A stretch of DNA of 64,000 bases, taken from positions 1,895 through 65,894 of the forward strand of contig CAVXWB010000142.1 of the NCBI GenBank assembly GCA_963765185.1. Direction: 5' to 3'. The DNA comes from Bryobacterales bacterium (GTDB lineage: Bacteria; Acidobacteriota; Terriglobia; Bryobacterales; Bryobacteraceae). The position numbers and the translations under genes are program-made. Below the pieces are notes generated by a model. The model was not told where the DNA came from. It ran no database searches and saw only the letters and a program-made list of their open reading frames with translations. The stretch's first letter is position 1. Every line of letters starts with the position of its first letter. Shown here piece after piece: positions 26,573 through 35,861 of this stretch.

Positions 26573-27927
26573 GCCGTCTGATCCATTTCCTGGCGCGGCT
26601 GTATCCGCCGTCCTGGCGGCAACGCTACGGCGCGGAGTTCGCCGCGCTTCTCGAAGACGTGCGCCCGGATGGGCGGACCGCCGCAAACGTTTTTGCAGGA
26701 GCACTCGCCATGCACATTCGAAACTGGAAGTCCTGGAAGATTCTCGCGGCCTCGGCGGTGTTCGGCGCCGCGGTGATGGCGAGCCTCTTCGCCGCGATCC
26801 CGAATTCGTACGTCTCCAGCGCTGTGCTGAAGGTCGGGAGCGAGGGGAGCCGGCAGGATACGGTTGACGCCATCCAGCGGATTGCGATGAACGTGGAGAG
26901 CCGCGTCGGGCTCGTGAAGTTGATCACGACCTATAACCTATACCGGAGCGAGCGTTCCAGGAAACCATTGGAAGATGTGATCGAGGAGATGAAGAAACGC
27001 ATCACCATCACGCCAGCGGGCCCGGATGCCACTGCCTTTGCGATCGGATTCACTTACAAGGACCCGCGTGCCGCTCAGCAAGTAACACGGGGCCTGGTAT
27101 CTGGATTTATCGACGAGAACGCGCGGCAATCGCGGCCGTCGGAGCCAGCGCAAGGCATCAACCTCCAGATCCTCGATCCTGCCAGCTTGCCGGAAACCTC
27201 GATGCGCCGCACTCCCGAGCTCGTCGGCAGCGGCATCGCCTGTTTTCTCCTGATGTTTGGCGGGCTCTCCGTGTGGCGCTCGGTTTCCAGCCGGCGCTAC
27301 GCACAGGCCGGCGCATCCATTTCGTCGCCCGGATTTCCCGCAGGGAGCGCGGCGGCATCGGCGCGTTCGCCATGGAAAATTCTTGGCGCGATCGTATTGC
27401 TGATTGCTGTCGCCGCGCTGTCCTTCCAACTGGCGACTGCAAGCTACGAGTCCACGGCAGTGATCAGAGTCGTTCCTCCGGCGAGTCCACAAGCCCTTGC
27501 TTCCCTCGCCCAATCCGTCGAGGATCGTTTTCCCCTCACGCGCATCATTACCACCTACAACCTCTATCCGGGTGAGCGAGCCAGTCTGTTAAGCGGCGAC
27601 GTCGTCGAGGAGATGAAAAAACACATCCGCATCGAACCGGTGCCCCGTGGCTCGAAAAGTGTGGCTGGCATTCTGATTCGATTCTCTTACCCCGATCACT
27701 ACCTCGCGCAGAAGGTGACGGACGAACTGACATCGCAATTCATAAAAGCGAGCTCCGCTGGTAACTCCACAGCCTCGCTCTCCGTCGTTGATCCCGCCAG
27801 CCTTCCGGAGCCCAGCCTTTTCGCCGTCGAACCGCGGTTCGGTGTCGGTTTATTCCTGGGACTCCTGCTCGGCCTGATCCTGGCTGTACTTGCCTCGCTC
27901 TTTCGCCGCTCCCGGGCTCCTGTATGA
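26569..27927 (+). CDS. Membrane protein with two tandem Wzz/PCP-like (chain-length-determinant-type) modules
   Basis: A 4-nt overlap joins it to padR. The N-terminus is 'LYPPSWRQRYGAEF'. Two copies follow of TM + 'ITTYNLY..ER....V.EEMKK.I.I.P' + 'F.Y.D...AQ.VT' + 'DPASLPE.S' + TM. Confidence 0.65.
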   Translation: MSRLIHFLARLYPPSWRQRYGAEFAALLEDVRPDGRTAANVFAGALAMHIRNWKSWKILAASAVFGAAVMASLFAAIPNSYVSSAVLKVGSEGSRQDTVDAIQRIAMNVESRVGLVKLITTYNLYRSERSRKPLEDVIEEMKKRITITPAGPDATAFAIGFTYKDPRAAQQVTRGLVSGFIDENARQSRPSEPAQGINLQILDPASLPETSMRRTPELVGSGIACFLLMFGGLSVWRSVSSRRYAQAGASISSPGFPAGSAAASARSPWKILGAIVLLIAVAALSFQLATASYESTAVIRVVPPASPQALASLAQSVEDRFPLTRIITTYNLYPGERASLLSGDVVEEMKKHIRIEPVPRGSKSVAGILIRFSYPDHYLAQKVTDELTSQFIKASSAGNSTASLSVVDPASLPEPSLFAVEPRFGVGLFLGLLLGLILAVLASLFRRSRAPV

Positions 27928-28610
27928 CTCGCTACATTCTTGCCGTCGACACCACCTCGGAGTACGGAAGCATCGCCCTGGCCCACGCGGAACGCGTCAC
28001 GGGTGCAGAACGCGTGATCGAAGAAGTCTCTCTCCACGCCCCCGGCGGATTCGCGCACATTCTTTTCGATGAGATCGCGCGTCTGCTCGCCCGGCACGGC
28101 CTCACTCTGGCGCAAATCGACTGCTTCGCGTCCGCGGCCGGACCGGGATCGTTCACGGGTGTGCGCGTCGGCTTGACAGCGGTGAAGGGGCTGGCCGAGG
28201 CTAACCAGCGCAAGGCCGTGGCGGTCTCGAATCTGGAAGCGCTGGCATGGTTCGGCTCGCGTCCTCTGCGAGCTCCGGTGCTCGACGCGCGCCGGGGCGA
28301 GATTTACGGCGCTGTCTACGATGCCGGGCTGCGCATCGTTCAGGAGGAAACGGTCATGCCATTTGAGGCATGGTTGTCAGTCCTGGCGCACGGCGGGCTG
28401 CCGCAGGGCGATGTCGAGCTCATCACCAACGGCTTTGCGTTGCCCGCCCACCCGTACCCGGAAATCCACGCGCCGCGAGCGCTGGCCGGGGCCATCGCCC
28501 AAATCGCCGCACTCCGCTTTTCCGAAGGACTTGCCCTGGACCCGGCTCAAATCGACGCAAACTACGTCCGCCGCTCCGACGCCGAGTTGCTGTGGCGCGA
28601 TCGCTCCTAA
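27924..28610 (+). CDS. tsaB: tRNA threonylcarbamoyladenosine biosynthesis protein TsaB
   Basis: 'ILAVDTTSEYGSIAL' and 'GPGSFTGVRVGLTAVKGLA'. The length is 228 aa. Confidence 0.85.
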   Translation: MTRYILAVDTTSEYGSIALAHAERVTGAERVIEEVSLHAPGGFAHILFDEIARLLARHGLTLAQIDCFASAAGPGSFTGVRVGLTAVKGLAEANQRKAVAVSNLEALAWFGSRPLRAPVLDARRGEIYGAVYDAGLRIVQEETVMPFEAWLSVLAHGGLPQGDVELITNGFALPAHPYPEIHAPRALAGAIAQIAALRFSEGLALDPAQIDANYVRRSDAELLWRDRS

Positions 28611-28794
28611 CAGGTTGCGGCAGAAAGGACCGCCTCGCGCAAAACCTGGACGCCGTCACCCGGTTCCATTCATGCGATTCTCCGCCGTGGGTTTCTGGTC
28701 GCGGGTCTATGCCCCTCTTCGCCCGCCGCAAGGAGCGCATTCACCAGATTCGCAATCTGAGCTGCGCATCCGCTCCCTCGCGGTCGCGGTTCTG

Positions 28795-29838
28795 TTACCG
28801 AACCGTGCCGCGCAACACGCGCGTGTAGAAATCTTCCGTACGCGCGGCGGTCTCCTCCACCGAGAAGCGCCGTGCGCGTTCACGCGCGCGGAGCCCCATC
28901 GCGTGCAGTCTCTCCCGATTCGCGGCCGCTTCGAAGATTGCACCGGCGAGAGCAGAGGCGTCTCCGGGAACGACCAGCCAGCCGGTTTCCCCCGCGACGA
29001 TCATCTCCGCCAGCCCTCCCGTATTCGAAGCCACCACGGGCAAGCCCATAGCCATTGCCTCCAGGGCCGCCAATCCCCATCCTTCCGAGCGCGAGGGCAT
29101 CACGAACAGATCCAGCGCGGTGAGCAATTGTCGCGGCTCCGCGAGCGATCCCGGGAGAATTACGCGATCGCTTGAAAGGATGGAGCTGCGCAACGGGCCA
29201 TCGCCGGCCAAAATCATTTTCAGACGCGGCAGCCGGCTCTCCAGCAACTGCGCGGCTTTCGCGGCGATATCCTGCCCCTTCTCGTGCGTGAACGCGCCCA
29301 GGTGCCCGGCGGCGAAATCCTCGTCGTGCAAGTTCCAATCTCTCCGCGCCCGGGCGCGTTGCTCCGCACCGGGGAGCGACGCAGGAATCTCGACGCCGGT
29401 GGGAATCACCTCAATCCGTTCCGCGGGAACGCCGGCGCTAAGCAACGCGCGTTCCACGGCTTTGGACACCGCGATCACCCCGTCGCACGTCCATGCATAT
29501 TTCAGCAAGTGAACCAGCGGATGCCTGGGTACAAACGCGACGTGCCGCGTGGCTACACGTTTGACCGGAGGCCGTGCCGTCCCTAGCGCTGCGAACCAGG
29601 CCATATTCTGCGCCCGTCCCGTGTGGGTGTGCATAAGGTCGACTCTTTTCGCCCGTGCCCGCAGGTCCGCCCACGACAGCGGCGCAACCTCGAATCCCTG
29701 TTGATGCGCGCGCCGCCCCAGTTCGCTTGCGGGGGGAGTGGCAATCGTCTGTGCGTGGCCTCGCTCGCGCAACCCCCGCGCCAGCGTAAGCAGCGCCTGC
29801 TGTCCTCCCCGGAACTCCGTCCCGGTGTCGATGTGCAC
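28795..29838 (-). CDS. Glycosyltransferase family 4
   Basis: 'EGWGLAALEAMAMGLPVVASNTGGLAEMI' and the N-terminus 'TGTEFRGGQQALLTLARGLRERGH'. Confidence 0.8.
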   Translation of the reverse strand: MHIDTGTEFRGGQQALLTLARGLRERGHAQTIATPPASELGRRAHQQGFEVAPLSWADLRARAKRVDLMHTHTGRAQNMAWFAALGTARPPVKRVATRHVAFVPRHPLVHLLKYAWTCDGVIAVSKAVERALLSAGVPAERIEVIPTGVEIPASLPGAEQRARARRDWNLHDEDFAAGHLGAFTHEKGQDIAAKAAQLLESRLPRLKMILAGDGPLRSSILSSDRVILPGSLAEPRQLLTALDLFVMPSRSEGWGLAALEAMAMGLPVVASNTGGLAEMIVAGETGWLVVPGDASALAGAIFEAAANRERLHAMGLRARERARRFSVEETAARTEDFYTRVLRGTVR

Positions 29839-29911
29839 GATTGAAAGCGTGTTTCAATTTTCCCATTCCTCCGAGCAGGCCCGCACGCGGAGGCGCGGTC
29901 CAGTGCGGGCT

Positions 29912-29939
29912 TTGTCATGCCGATGCGTCCCGTTATAAT
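29912..29939 (+). promoter_or_regulatory. Near-consensus sigma-70-type promoter abutting the modB start codon
   Basis: TTGTCA (29912-29917), a 16-nt spacer and TATAAT (29934-39). The ATG at 29945 lies 5 nt after the -10 box, which implies a leaderless or near-leaderless transcript. Confidence 0.35.
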
Positions 29940-29944
29940 TGACC

Positions 29945-30601
29945 ATGCCCATCGACTGGTTCCCGCTGTGGCTGAGCCTCCGCGTGGCCTTGGTCTCCAC
30001 CGTGGTGGCGCTGGCGGCGGGGTTGTGGATCGCCTACATCCTGGCCAATCGCGAGTTCCGCGGCAAGGAGGTGCTGGATGCGGCGGTGACGCTCCCGCTG
30101 GTGCTGCCGCCCACCGTGCTGGGCTATTACTTGCTGGTGTTGCTGGGCCGCTCCAGTCCTCTCGGGAAGTTGTGGGAAGCGGTGTTCGGCTCGCCGCTGG
30201 TGTTCACCTGGAAGGCTGCGGTGGTGGCCGCGATCCTGTATTCGCTGCCGCTGCTGGCGAAATCCTCGCGAGCCGCGCTTGAAAGCGTGGACCGAAATTG
30301 TGAGCGCGCGGCGCGCACCCTGGGGGCCAGCGAGTGGAAGCTGTTCTGGCGCGTGACGCTGCCGATGGCCCAGCGCTCGATTCTGGCCGCCACGGCGCTG
30401 GCCTTCGCGCGGTCTTTGGGCGAATTCGGAGCCACTCTGATGATCGCCGGCAACATTCCCGGCCGCACCCAAACCATGGCAGTTGCGATTTACGACGCCC
30501 TGGAATACGGCAATTCCACCCTGGCGCTCGAAATGGTGCTGGTCATCTCCGGAATCGCGCTGGCGATCCTGACCCTGGCGACGCGTCTCGAAAATCGCTG
30601 A
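29945..30601 (+). CDS. modB: Molybdate ABC transporter permease
   Basis: 'LWLSLRVALVSTVVALAAGLWIAYILA...LDAAVTLPLVLPPTVLGYYLL' is a ModB/CysTW-type permease of ModB length. Confidence 0.8.
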   Translation: MPIDWFPLWLSLRVALVSTVVALAAGLWIAYILANREFRGKEVLDAAVTLPLVLPPTVLGYYLLVLLGRSSPLGKLWEAVFGSPLVFTWKAAVVAAILYSLPLLAKSSRAALESVDRNCERAARTLGASEWKLFWRVTLPMAQRSILAATALAFARSLGEFGATLMIAGNIPGRTQTMAVAIYDALEYGNSTLALEMVLVISGIALAILTLATRLENR

Positions 30602-30610
30602 GCGACAACC

Positions 30611-31678
30611 ATGATTCAGGCGCGCATCCGCAAGACCTTTCCGGCTCGCAAGGACTCTTCCGGGTTCTCGCTGGATGTGGATTTCCGCGCGGCCGCCGGC
30701 GTCACCGTGCTGTTCGGACCCAGCGGCTCGGGCAAGACCATGCTGCTCGATTCCATTGCCGGTTTCGTCCGTCCCGACGATGGGCGCATTCTTCTGGACG
30801 ATGCTATCCTGTTCGACGGCGCGGCGCGCGTGCATCTGTCGCCGCAGGCGCGCAATTGCGGCTACGTGTTCCAGAGCTACGCCCTGTTCCCGCACATGAC
30901 GCTGCGCGAGAATCTGGCCTTCGCGGCGGAGCGCCGGCCGCGTCTGGAACGGCACCGCCGGGTGAATGAAATGCTGGAGCGCTTCCGTCTGACCGAAGCC
31001 GCGGGACGGCGTCCGCACGAGCTTTCCGGAGGCCAGCGCCAGCGCTGCTCCATCGCACGCGCCTTGATCGGGGCTCCCAAATTGCTGCTGCTGGACGAGC
31101 CTACGCAGGGCCTGGACGCGCCGCTGCGCGTGGAGTTCTACGAAACCCTGCGCCAGGTTCGCGTGGATTTCCAAACGCCCGTGCTGCTGGTGACGCACGA
31201 TCTGGATGAGTGCTTCGAGCTGGCCGAGGAGATGATCGTGCTGCGCGAGGGCAAGATCGTGCAGAGCGGCGCGCCGCGCCAGATTCTCGATTCCCCCGCG
31301 AGCCTGGATGTGGCCCGGCTTCTCGGAGCATTCAATCTCCTGGCCGGCGAAATCCGCACTCTCGATCCGGGACGCAACTCCAGCAGGTTGAAGATCGGCG
31401 AGTTTGAAATCGACGGCCCATACTTTCCGGGGCGGCTGAAGGGCGATCGCGTCACCATTTGTGTTCGCCCGGAGCAGCTCACGGCGCTGGCGCGCAACGG
31501 CCGTCCCGGCCCCAACCAGATTCCGGCGACGCTGGAGCGCGCAGTCCAGAAACCGCAGTACGTGCGCCTGGAGTTCGCCGGCGGCATCTCTGTCGATTTG
31601 CCCCGGGCACAGTACGAACAGCGTCACAGCGACGAGTGGGTGATCCAGTTCCCTGTGACTTCGCTGCGGGCTTTGTAG
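30611..31678 (+). CDS. modC: Molybdate-type ABC transporter ATP-binding protein with a C-terminal TOBE-like domain
   Basis: Walker A 'GPSGSGKT', signature 'LSGGQRQR', Walker B 'LLLLDEP' and about 120 aa of C-terminal extension. No modA is adjacent. Confidence 0.7.
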   Translation: MIQARIRKTFPARKDSSGFSLDVDFRAAAGVTVLFGPSGSGKTMLLDSIAGFVRPDDGRILLDDAILFDGAARVHLSPQARNCGYVFQSYALFPHMTLRENLAFAAERRPRLERHRRVNEMLERFRLTEAAGRRPHELSGGQRQRCSIARALIGAPKLLLLDEPTQGLDAPLRVEFYETLRQVRVDFQTPVLLVTHDLDECFELAEEMIVLREGKIVQSGAPRQILDSPASLDVARLLGAFNLLAGEIRTLDPGRNSSRLKIGEFEIDGPYFPGRLKGDRVTICVRPEQLTALARNGRPGPNQIPATLERAVQKPQYVRLEFAGGISVDLPRAQYEQRHSDEWVIQFPVTSLRAL

Positions 31679-31758
31679 TACCGCCCACGCCGGCCGGGGG
31701 GCCGGCTGCGGTCCAGGGGTACCGCCCCACCTTGGCGCGGTACCATAGAGGAAGATAT

Positions 31759-34065
31759 ATGCGCGTCGGCCGATGGCTGATTCTGGCGGCCATAATCGTC
31801 ATCGTTTTCTTCGTTGGGGATACCTATTTCAGGCACCGTACCAACTTAGATCCGCTGGCCGCGCCCCGGCCTCTGGATCTGAAGTACCAAGCCAGCATGG
31901 ACGAATGGTGCGACACGCAGCACGACGGCGCCAAGGAGACCTTCAAGATTTGCGCCAAAAACGCCAGGGAAATCAAGGAACCCTCGCGCATGGAGCTGGA
32001 CGGCGTGAGCCTGTGGCTGTTCCACAAAGACGACACCGAGTACGACCTGATCCAGACCGATAAGGCCGAATTCGACAAGGTCACCAAAAATCTTTATTCG
32101 GACAGTCAGGTGGACATCAGCATGGGCGTGCCCGTGGATGGTCCGCAACACGGCAGGCTGCTGAAGATTCACACCTCCGGAGTGCACTTCGACAAGGAAT
32201 CCGGCCGCGCCAGCACGGATCGGGCCGCGACCTTCGAGTTCGATCAAGGCACCGGCTCGGCCGTGGGCGCCGAGTACGACCCGGACACGCGCCAACTGCA
32301 CCTGCACAGCCACGCGGTCCTGGACTGGCGCGGCAAGACCGCGGACGCCAAGCCCATGCACATCGAAGCGGCCGAGGCCTATTATCTGGAGCGCGAATCG
32401 AAGGTCGTGCTGATGCAGTGGTCCAAACTCGAGCGCGAAGACTTGAAAATGGATGCGGGCATGTCGACGGTGCTGATGGAGCACAACGACATCAAGCGCG
32501 TGGATGCGCAATCCGGCCGCGGCGTGCAGGACAAGGACGGGCGCACGGTGGACTTCGCCGCGGACCATCTGGGCCTGGACTTCGGCGAGCACATGATCGT
32601 CACCCACATTGAAGGCACCGAGCATGCAAAGCTGATCTCGACCTCGCCTTCGGGCCGCACCACGGCCACCGGGAATCACCTGGACCTGGCCTTCGACGTC
32701 GCCAACGGAGAAAGCACCTTGACCGGCGCGGTCACCACCGGCGATAGCGTCGCGGAATCGGTCCCCGCGCCCTCGCCGGGAAGCTCCGCCGAGACCCGCG
32801 TCCTGCGCAGCGAGACCATCCGCATGAAGATGCGTCCGGGCGGAAAGGATATCGCCAGCGCGGAGACCGACGGCGCGTCCACGCTCGATTTTCTCCCCAC
32901 TCGCCCGGATCAGCCCAAGCGCGTGCTCAAGGGCGATAAAGTCTGGATCACTTACGGAGCGGACAACCGGATCGAGTCTTTCCGCTCCACCAACGTGACC
33001 ACGCGCACGGAAAAACCGGCCACGCCGAAGGAGTCCGCCCCTCCGCCGGCGATCACATCGAGTAAGGAGATTCTCGCGACCTTCGATCCGCACACTGGCG
33101 AGCTGGCCCGCGTGGAGCAGAAGGTCGATTTTCGCTACCAGGAAGGCGACCGCGTCGCTCGCGCCGATACCGCGATTCTGGAACAGCAGAAGGATGTGAT
33201 GACGCTAGAGGGCAACGCCAGGCTGGCGGATACAACCGGCTCGACCACCGCGGAGAAGATCGTGATCGATCAGAAATCGGGAGACTTCACGGCGGATGGA
33301 AACGTGGCCTCGACGCGGCAGCCGGACAAGGACGGCAAGTCGTCGGCGATGCTTTCCACCGACGAAGTCCTGGAGGCGCGCGCGCAGCGCATGATCTCAA
33401 CCGGGCACGGAAAGGACCAGAAGATTCACTACGAAGGGAAGGCCAAAGATCAAGCCATGGCCTGGCAGGGTGCCAATCGCGTTACAGCGGACAAGCTGGA
33501 TATCGACCGGCAGCGCCATATATTGGAAGCGCACGGAAAGGTGAGCAGCCAGTTCGTGGATAGGGCCAAGAATGGCGACGGCAAGGACGGCAAAACCGCG
33601 GCAAATTCCAAACCCGGCCCCCCGGTGTTCACGATGGTCACGGCGCCGGATCTGGTGTACTCGGACGAGACCAGGCTAGCCTTCTACCAGGGCGGCGTGG
33701 AGCTAAAGCGTCTTCCGGACATGACGGTAACCTCGCGCGAGCTGCGGGCGTATCTCAAGGATTCCGATTCGGATTCCTCTTCCTCTCTGGATAAGGCGGT
33801 CGCCGACGGCGCCGTCAAAGTGGTGAGCACGCAGACGGCTTCCGCCGGCAAGCCCGCGCGCATCCGCACCAGCACCAGCGAGCACATGGAATACTACGCC
33901 GATGAAGGGAAGGTCGTCATCCAGGACGGAAAGCCCGTGCTGGTGGATAGCATCAAGGGCAAGGCCGCGGGCCAACAATTGATCTGGTATGCGAACGATG
34001 ATACGCTGATCGTTTACGGTGCGGAAGCGGTGCCGGCGCAGAGCACCATCCGCAAGAAGAAGTAG
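31759..34065 (+). CDS. Large membrane-anchored LptC/LptA (OstA-like) repeat protein
   Basis: AGGAAG plus ATG 31759 gives the TM anchor '[19 protein letters not shown]'. Repeated OstA-like segments follow, for example '[25 protein letters not shown]' and '[21 protein letters not shown]'. It lies immediately upstream of lptB. Confidence 0.55.
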   Translation: MRVGRWLILAAIIVIVFFVGDTYFRHRTNLDPLAAPRPLDLKYQASMDEWCDTQHDGAKETFKICAKNAREIKEPSRMELDGVSLWLFHKDDTEYDLIQTDKAEFDKVTKNLYSDSQVDISMGVPVDGPQHGRLLKIHTSGVHFDKESGRASTDRAATFEFDQGTGSAVGAEYDPDTRQLHLHSHAVLDWRGKTADAKPMHIEAAEAYYLERESKVVLMQWSKLEREDLKMDAGMSTVLMEHNDIKRVDAQSGRGVQDKDGRTVDFAADHLGLDFGEHMIVTHIEGTEHAKLISTSPSGRTTATGNHLDLAFDVANGESTLTGAVTTGDSVAESVPAPSPGSSAETRVLRSETIRMKMRPGGKDIASAETDGASTLDFLPTRPDQPKRVLKGDKVWITYGADNRIESFRSTNVTTRTEKPATPKESAPPPAITSSKEILATFDPHTGELARVEQKVDFRYQEGDRVARADTAILEQQKDVMTLEGNARLADTTGSTTAEKIVIDQKSGDFTADGNVASTRQPDKDGKSSAMLSTDEVLEARAQRMISTGHGKDQKIHYEGKAKDQAMAWQGANRVTADKLDIDRQRHILEAHGKVSSQFVDRAKNGDGKDGKTAANSKPGPPVFTMVTAPDLVYSDETRLAFYQGGVELKRLPDMTVTSRELRAYLKDSDSDSSSSLDKAVADGAVKVVSTQTASAGKPARIRTSTSEHMEYYADEGKVVIQDGKPVLVDSIKGKAAGQQLIWYANDDTLIVYGAEAVPAQSTIRKKK

Positions 34066-34069
34066 GCCT

Positions 34070-34843
34070 GTGCGCACTCTTCAAACCACGGAAATCACGA
34101 AATCGTATCGCGGGCGCAAGGTCGTCGATAACGTCTCCATCTGGGTCAAGCAGGGCGAAGTGGTGGGGCTGCTGGGGCCCAACGGCGCGGGCAAAACCAC
34201 GTCGTTTTACATGATCGTGGGCCTGATTTCCCCGGATTCCGGCCGCGTCATGCTGGACGATCTGGACATTACTCCGCTGGCCATGTATCAGAGGGCGCGC
34301 AAGGGCATCAGCTATCTTCCGCAAGAGGCCTCGGTGTTCCGCAAGTTGTCGGTTGAGGACAATTTGATGGCGATTCTGCAAGCCTCCCGGCGCGACCTCA
34401 ACCGGCGCCAGCGCCGCGACCGGATGAACCGGCTGATCGAGCAGCTGGGTCTGGAGCAGGTCCGCAAGAGCAAAGGCTATGTGCTCTCCGGCGGCGAACG
34501 GCGGCGCGTGGAGATCGCGCGCAGCCTGGTGATCGAACCCAGCTTCCTGCTTCTGGACGAGCCCTTCTCCGGCATCGATCCCATCCAGGTGCTGGAGCTC
34601 CAGAAGATCATCTTCGACCTGAAACAGAGCGGCATCGGTATCCTGATGACCGATCACAACGTGCGTGAGACGCTGGCGGTGACCGACCGCGCCTACATCA
34701 TCAACGACGGGCGGATTTTCCGCTCCGGCTCGCCCGAGGCCCTGGGCTCGGATCCCGAGGTTCGCCGCGTCTATCTGGGAGAAAACTTCAATCTGGAGTG
34801 GCAAAGCGGCCGGTGGCAGGTTCCCGCCGGCGAGGGTTCATGA
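34070..34843 (+). CDS. lptB: LPS export ABC transporter ATP-binding protein LptB
   Basis: GTG 34070 gives '[52 protein letters not shown]', followed by '[13 protein letters not shown]'. Confidence 0.9.
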   Translation: MRTLQTTEITKSYRGRKVVDNVSIWVKQGEVVGLLGPNGAGKTTSFYMIVGLISPDSGRVMLDDLDITPLAMYQRARKGISYLPQEASVFRKLSVEDNLMAILQASRRDLNRRQRRDRMNRLIEQLGLEQVRKSKGYVLSGGERRRVEIARSLVIEPSFLLLDEPFSGIDPIQVLELQKIIFDLKQSGIGILMTDHNVRETLAVTDRAYIINDGRIFRSGSPEALGSDPEVRRVYLGENFNLEWQSGRWQVPAGEGS

Positions 34844-35409
34844 CGGGAACGCCGTTCCGTCTGCTCGTGCTGGCCGCGGCGTCGCTTACGCTCCACGCCG
34901 CCGATCCGGCCCTGGAGAGCGCCAGCGCCAAGCTGGAAAAGTTGGAGAACGGTCAGGCGAAGCCCGGCGAAGTGGTGTTTCTCACGCCCGCCGAAATCAA
35001 CGCGTGGGTGGCGGCCAAAGTTCCGGAAGCGGTTCCGCAAGGAATCCGCGATCCGAAAATTGAGCTGGGCACCGACGCGGCCACCGCTTCGGCCCAGGTG
35101 GATTTTCTGAAGATGGAGCAGGCTCGCGGCAAAACCATCGGCTGGGCCATGGGGTTGATGCTCGAGGGCGAGCGTCCGCTCAAGGTTTCGGTCCGCGTGG
35201 CCTCCTCAGGCGGAAAAATCACGGTGTCCCTTACCCGCGTTGAAATTTCGGGTGTGGGCATCGAAGGCACCGCGCTTGATTTTCTGATCAAAACGTTCTT
35301 CCTGCCACTGTATCCCGATGCAAAAATCGACGAGCCCGTCGACCTCGACTTCAATATCGACCGCGTGCAGATCCGCCCCGATGGACTGCGGATCACGATC
35401 AAGAAGTGA
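34840..35409 (+). CDS. Hypothetical secreted protein
   Basis: An ATGA overlap joins it to lptB. The signal peptide is '[20 protein letters not shown]'. Confidence 0.55.
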   Translation: MTGTPFRLLVLAAASLTLHAADPALESASAKLEKLENGQAKPGEVVFLTPAEINAWVAAKVPEAVPQGIRDPKIELGTDAATASAQVDFLKMEQARGKTIGWAMGLMLEGERPLKVSVRVASSGGKITVSLTRVEISGVGIEGTALDFLIKTFFLPLYPDAKIDEPVDLDFNIDRVQIRPDGLRITIKK

Positions 35410-35861
35410 CCAGGCGAGACGCCGCGCTGAGGCTATCGGCACCAGCGTCAACCAACTTGTGCGCGAGTATCTGGAGCAGTTTGCGGGAAAGTCCGATCCC
35501 AATGCGGATGCCGAGGAGTTCGACCGCGAGGAATTGCACGAGCGGAGATGAGCGGCCTAGCGTTTTTCGACTTGCCGGAGGAGCAGAACCGGGGGATCGC
35601 GCTTTTTGCCGAGCCCCTGCAAGTATTAGAAGAGTACTTCGCGGCAGCGACCCGCAAGCTCGGATTATCGGCCGAAATGGCGCAGCGGAAAGTCGAGAAG
35701 CGCACTGCAGAGTCGTGCGCTTTGGGGGAAAGGACGTGATCGCGGCAATCGAATTCCATCGGCTGACGCGACCGGCTGGCGCGGAGACGCTCTATAGCGA
35801 AGATCTTCCGCACGGAGCGGTCCTGGGCGGAGTGCGCGTGGTCAATCCGTTTGTAATCTAG
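35410..35861 (+). pseudogene. Degraded VapB/VapC (RHH antitoxin plus PIN toxin) remnant
   Basis: The antitoxin tail 'AEAIGTSVNQLVREYLEQFAG' has no start. PIN pieces 'MSGLAFFD', 'LQVLEEYFAAATRKLGLSAEMAQRKVE' and 'AGAETLYSEDLPHGAVLGGVRVVNPF' lie in two frames with segments missing. Confidence 0.55.

Noticed and set aside
29839-29944. Calling the modB upstream element a Moco riboswitch outright.
   Set aside because: I recognise only a short box ('CCUCCGAG') from memory. The available intergenic space is shorter than the ~130-nt motif. A strong promoter downstream of the element would exclude it from the modB mRNA. It is kept only as a structured-element observation.
28611-29944. Expectation of a modA periplasmic binding-protein gene next to modBC.
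   Set aside because: The upstream region is occupied by a minus-strand GT4 gene. The plus-strand ORFs there (28321-29175 and others) are Arg/Pro-rich shadow frames with no ModA features.
29933-31627. 564-aa minus-strand ORF. Other very long antisense ORFs are 9358-10686(+), 16568-17971(-), 21081-22274(+), 23410-24588(+), 24855-26153(-), 31846-33093(-), 42192-43316(-) and 18558-19589(-).
   Set aside because: Each lies exactly opposite a gene with strong family signatures. Their translations are Arg/Gly/Ala/His-rich low-complexity strings typical of stop-poor shadow frames in GC-rich DNA.
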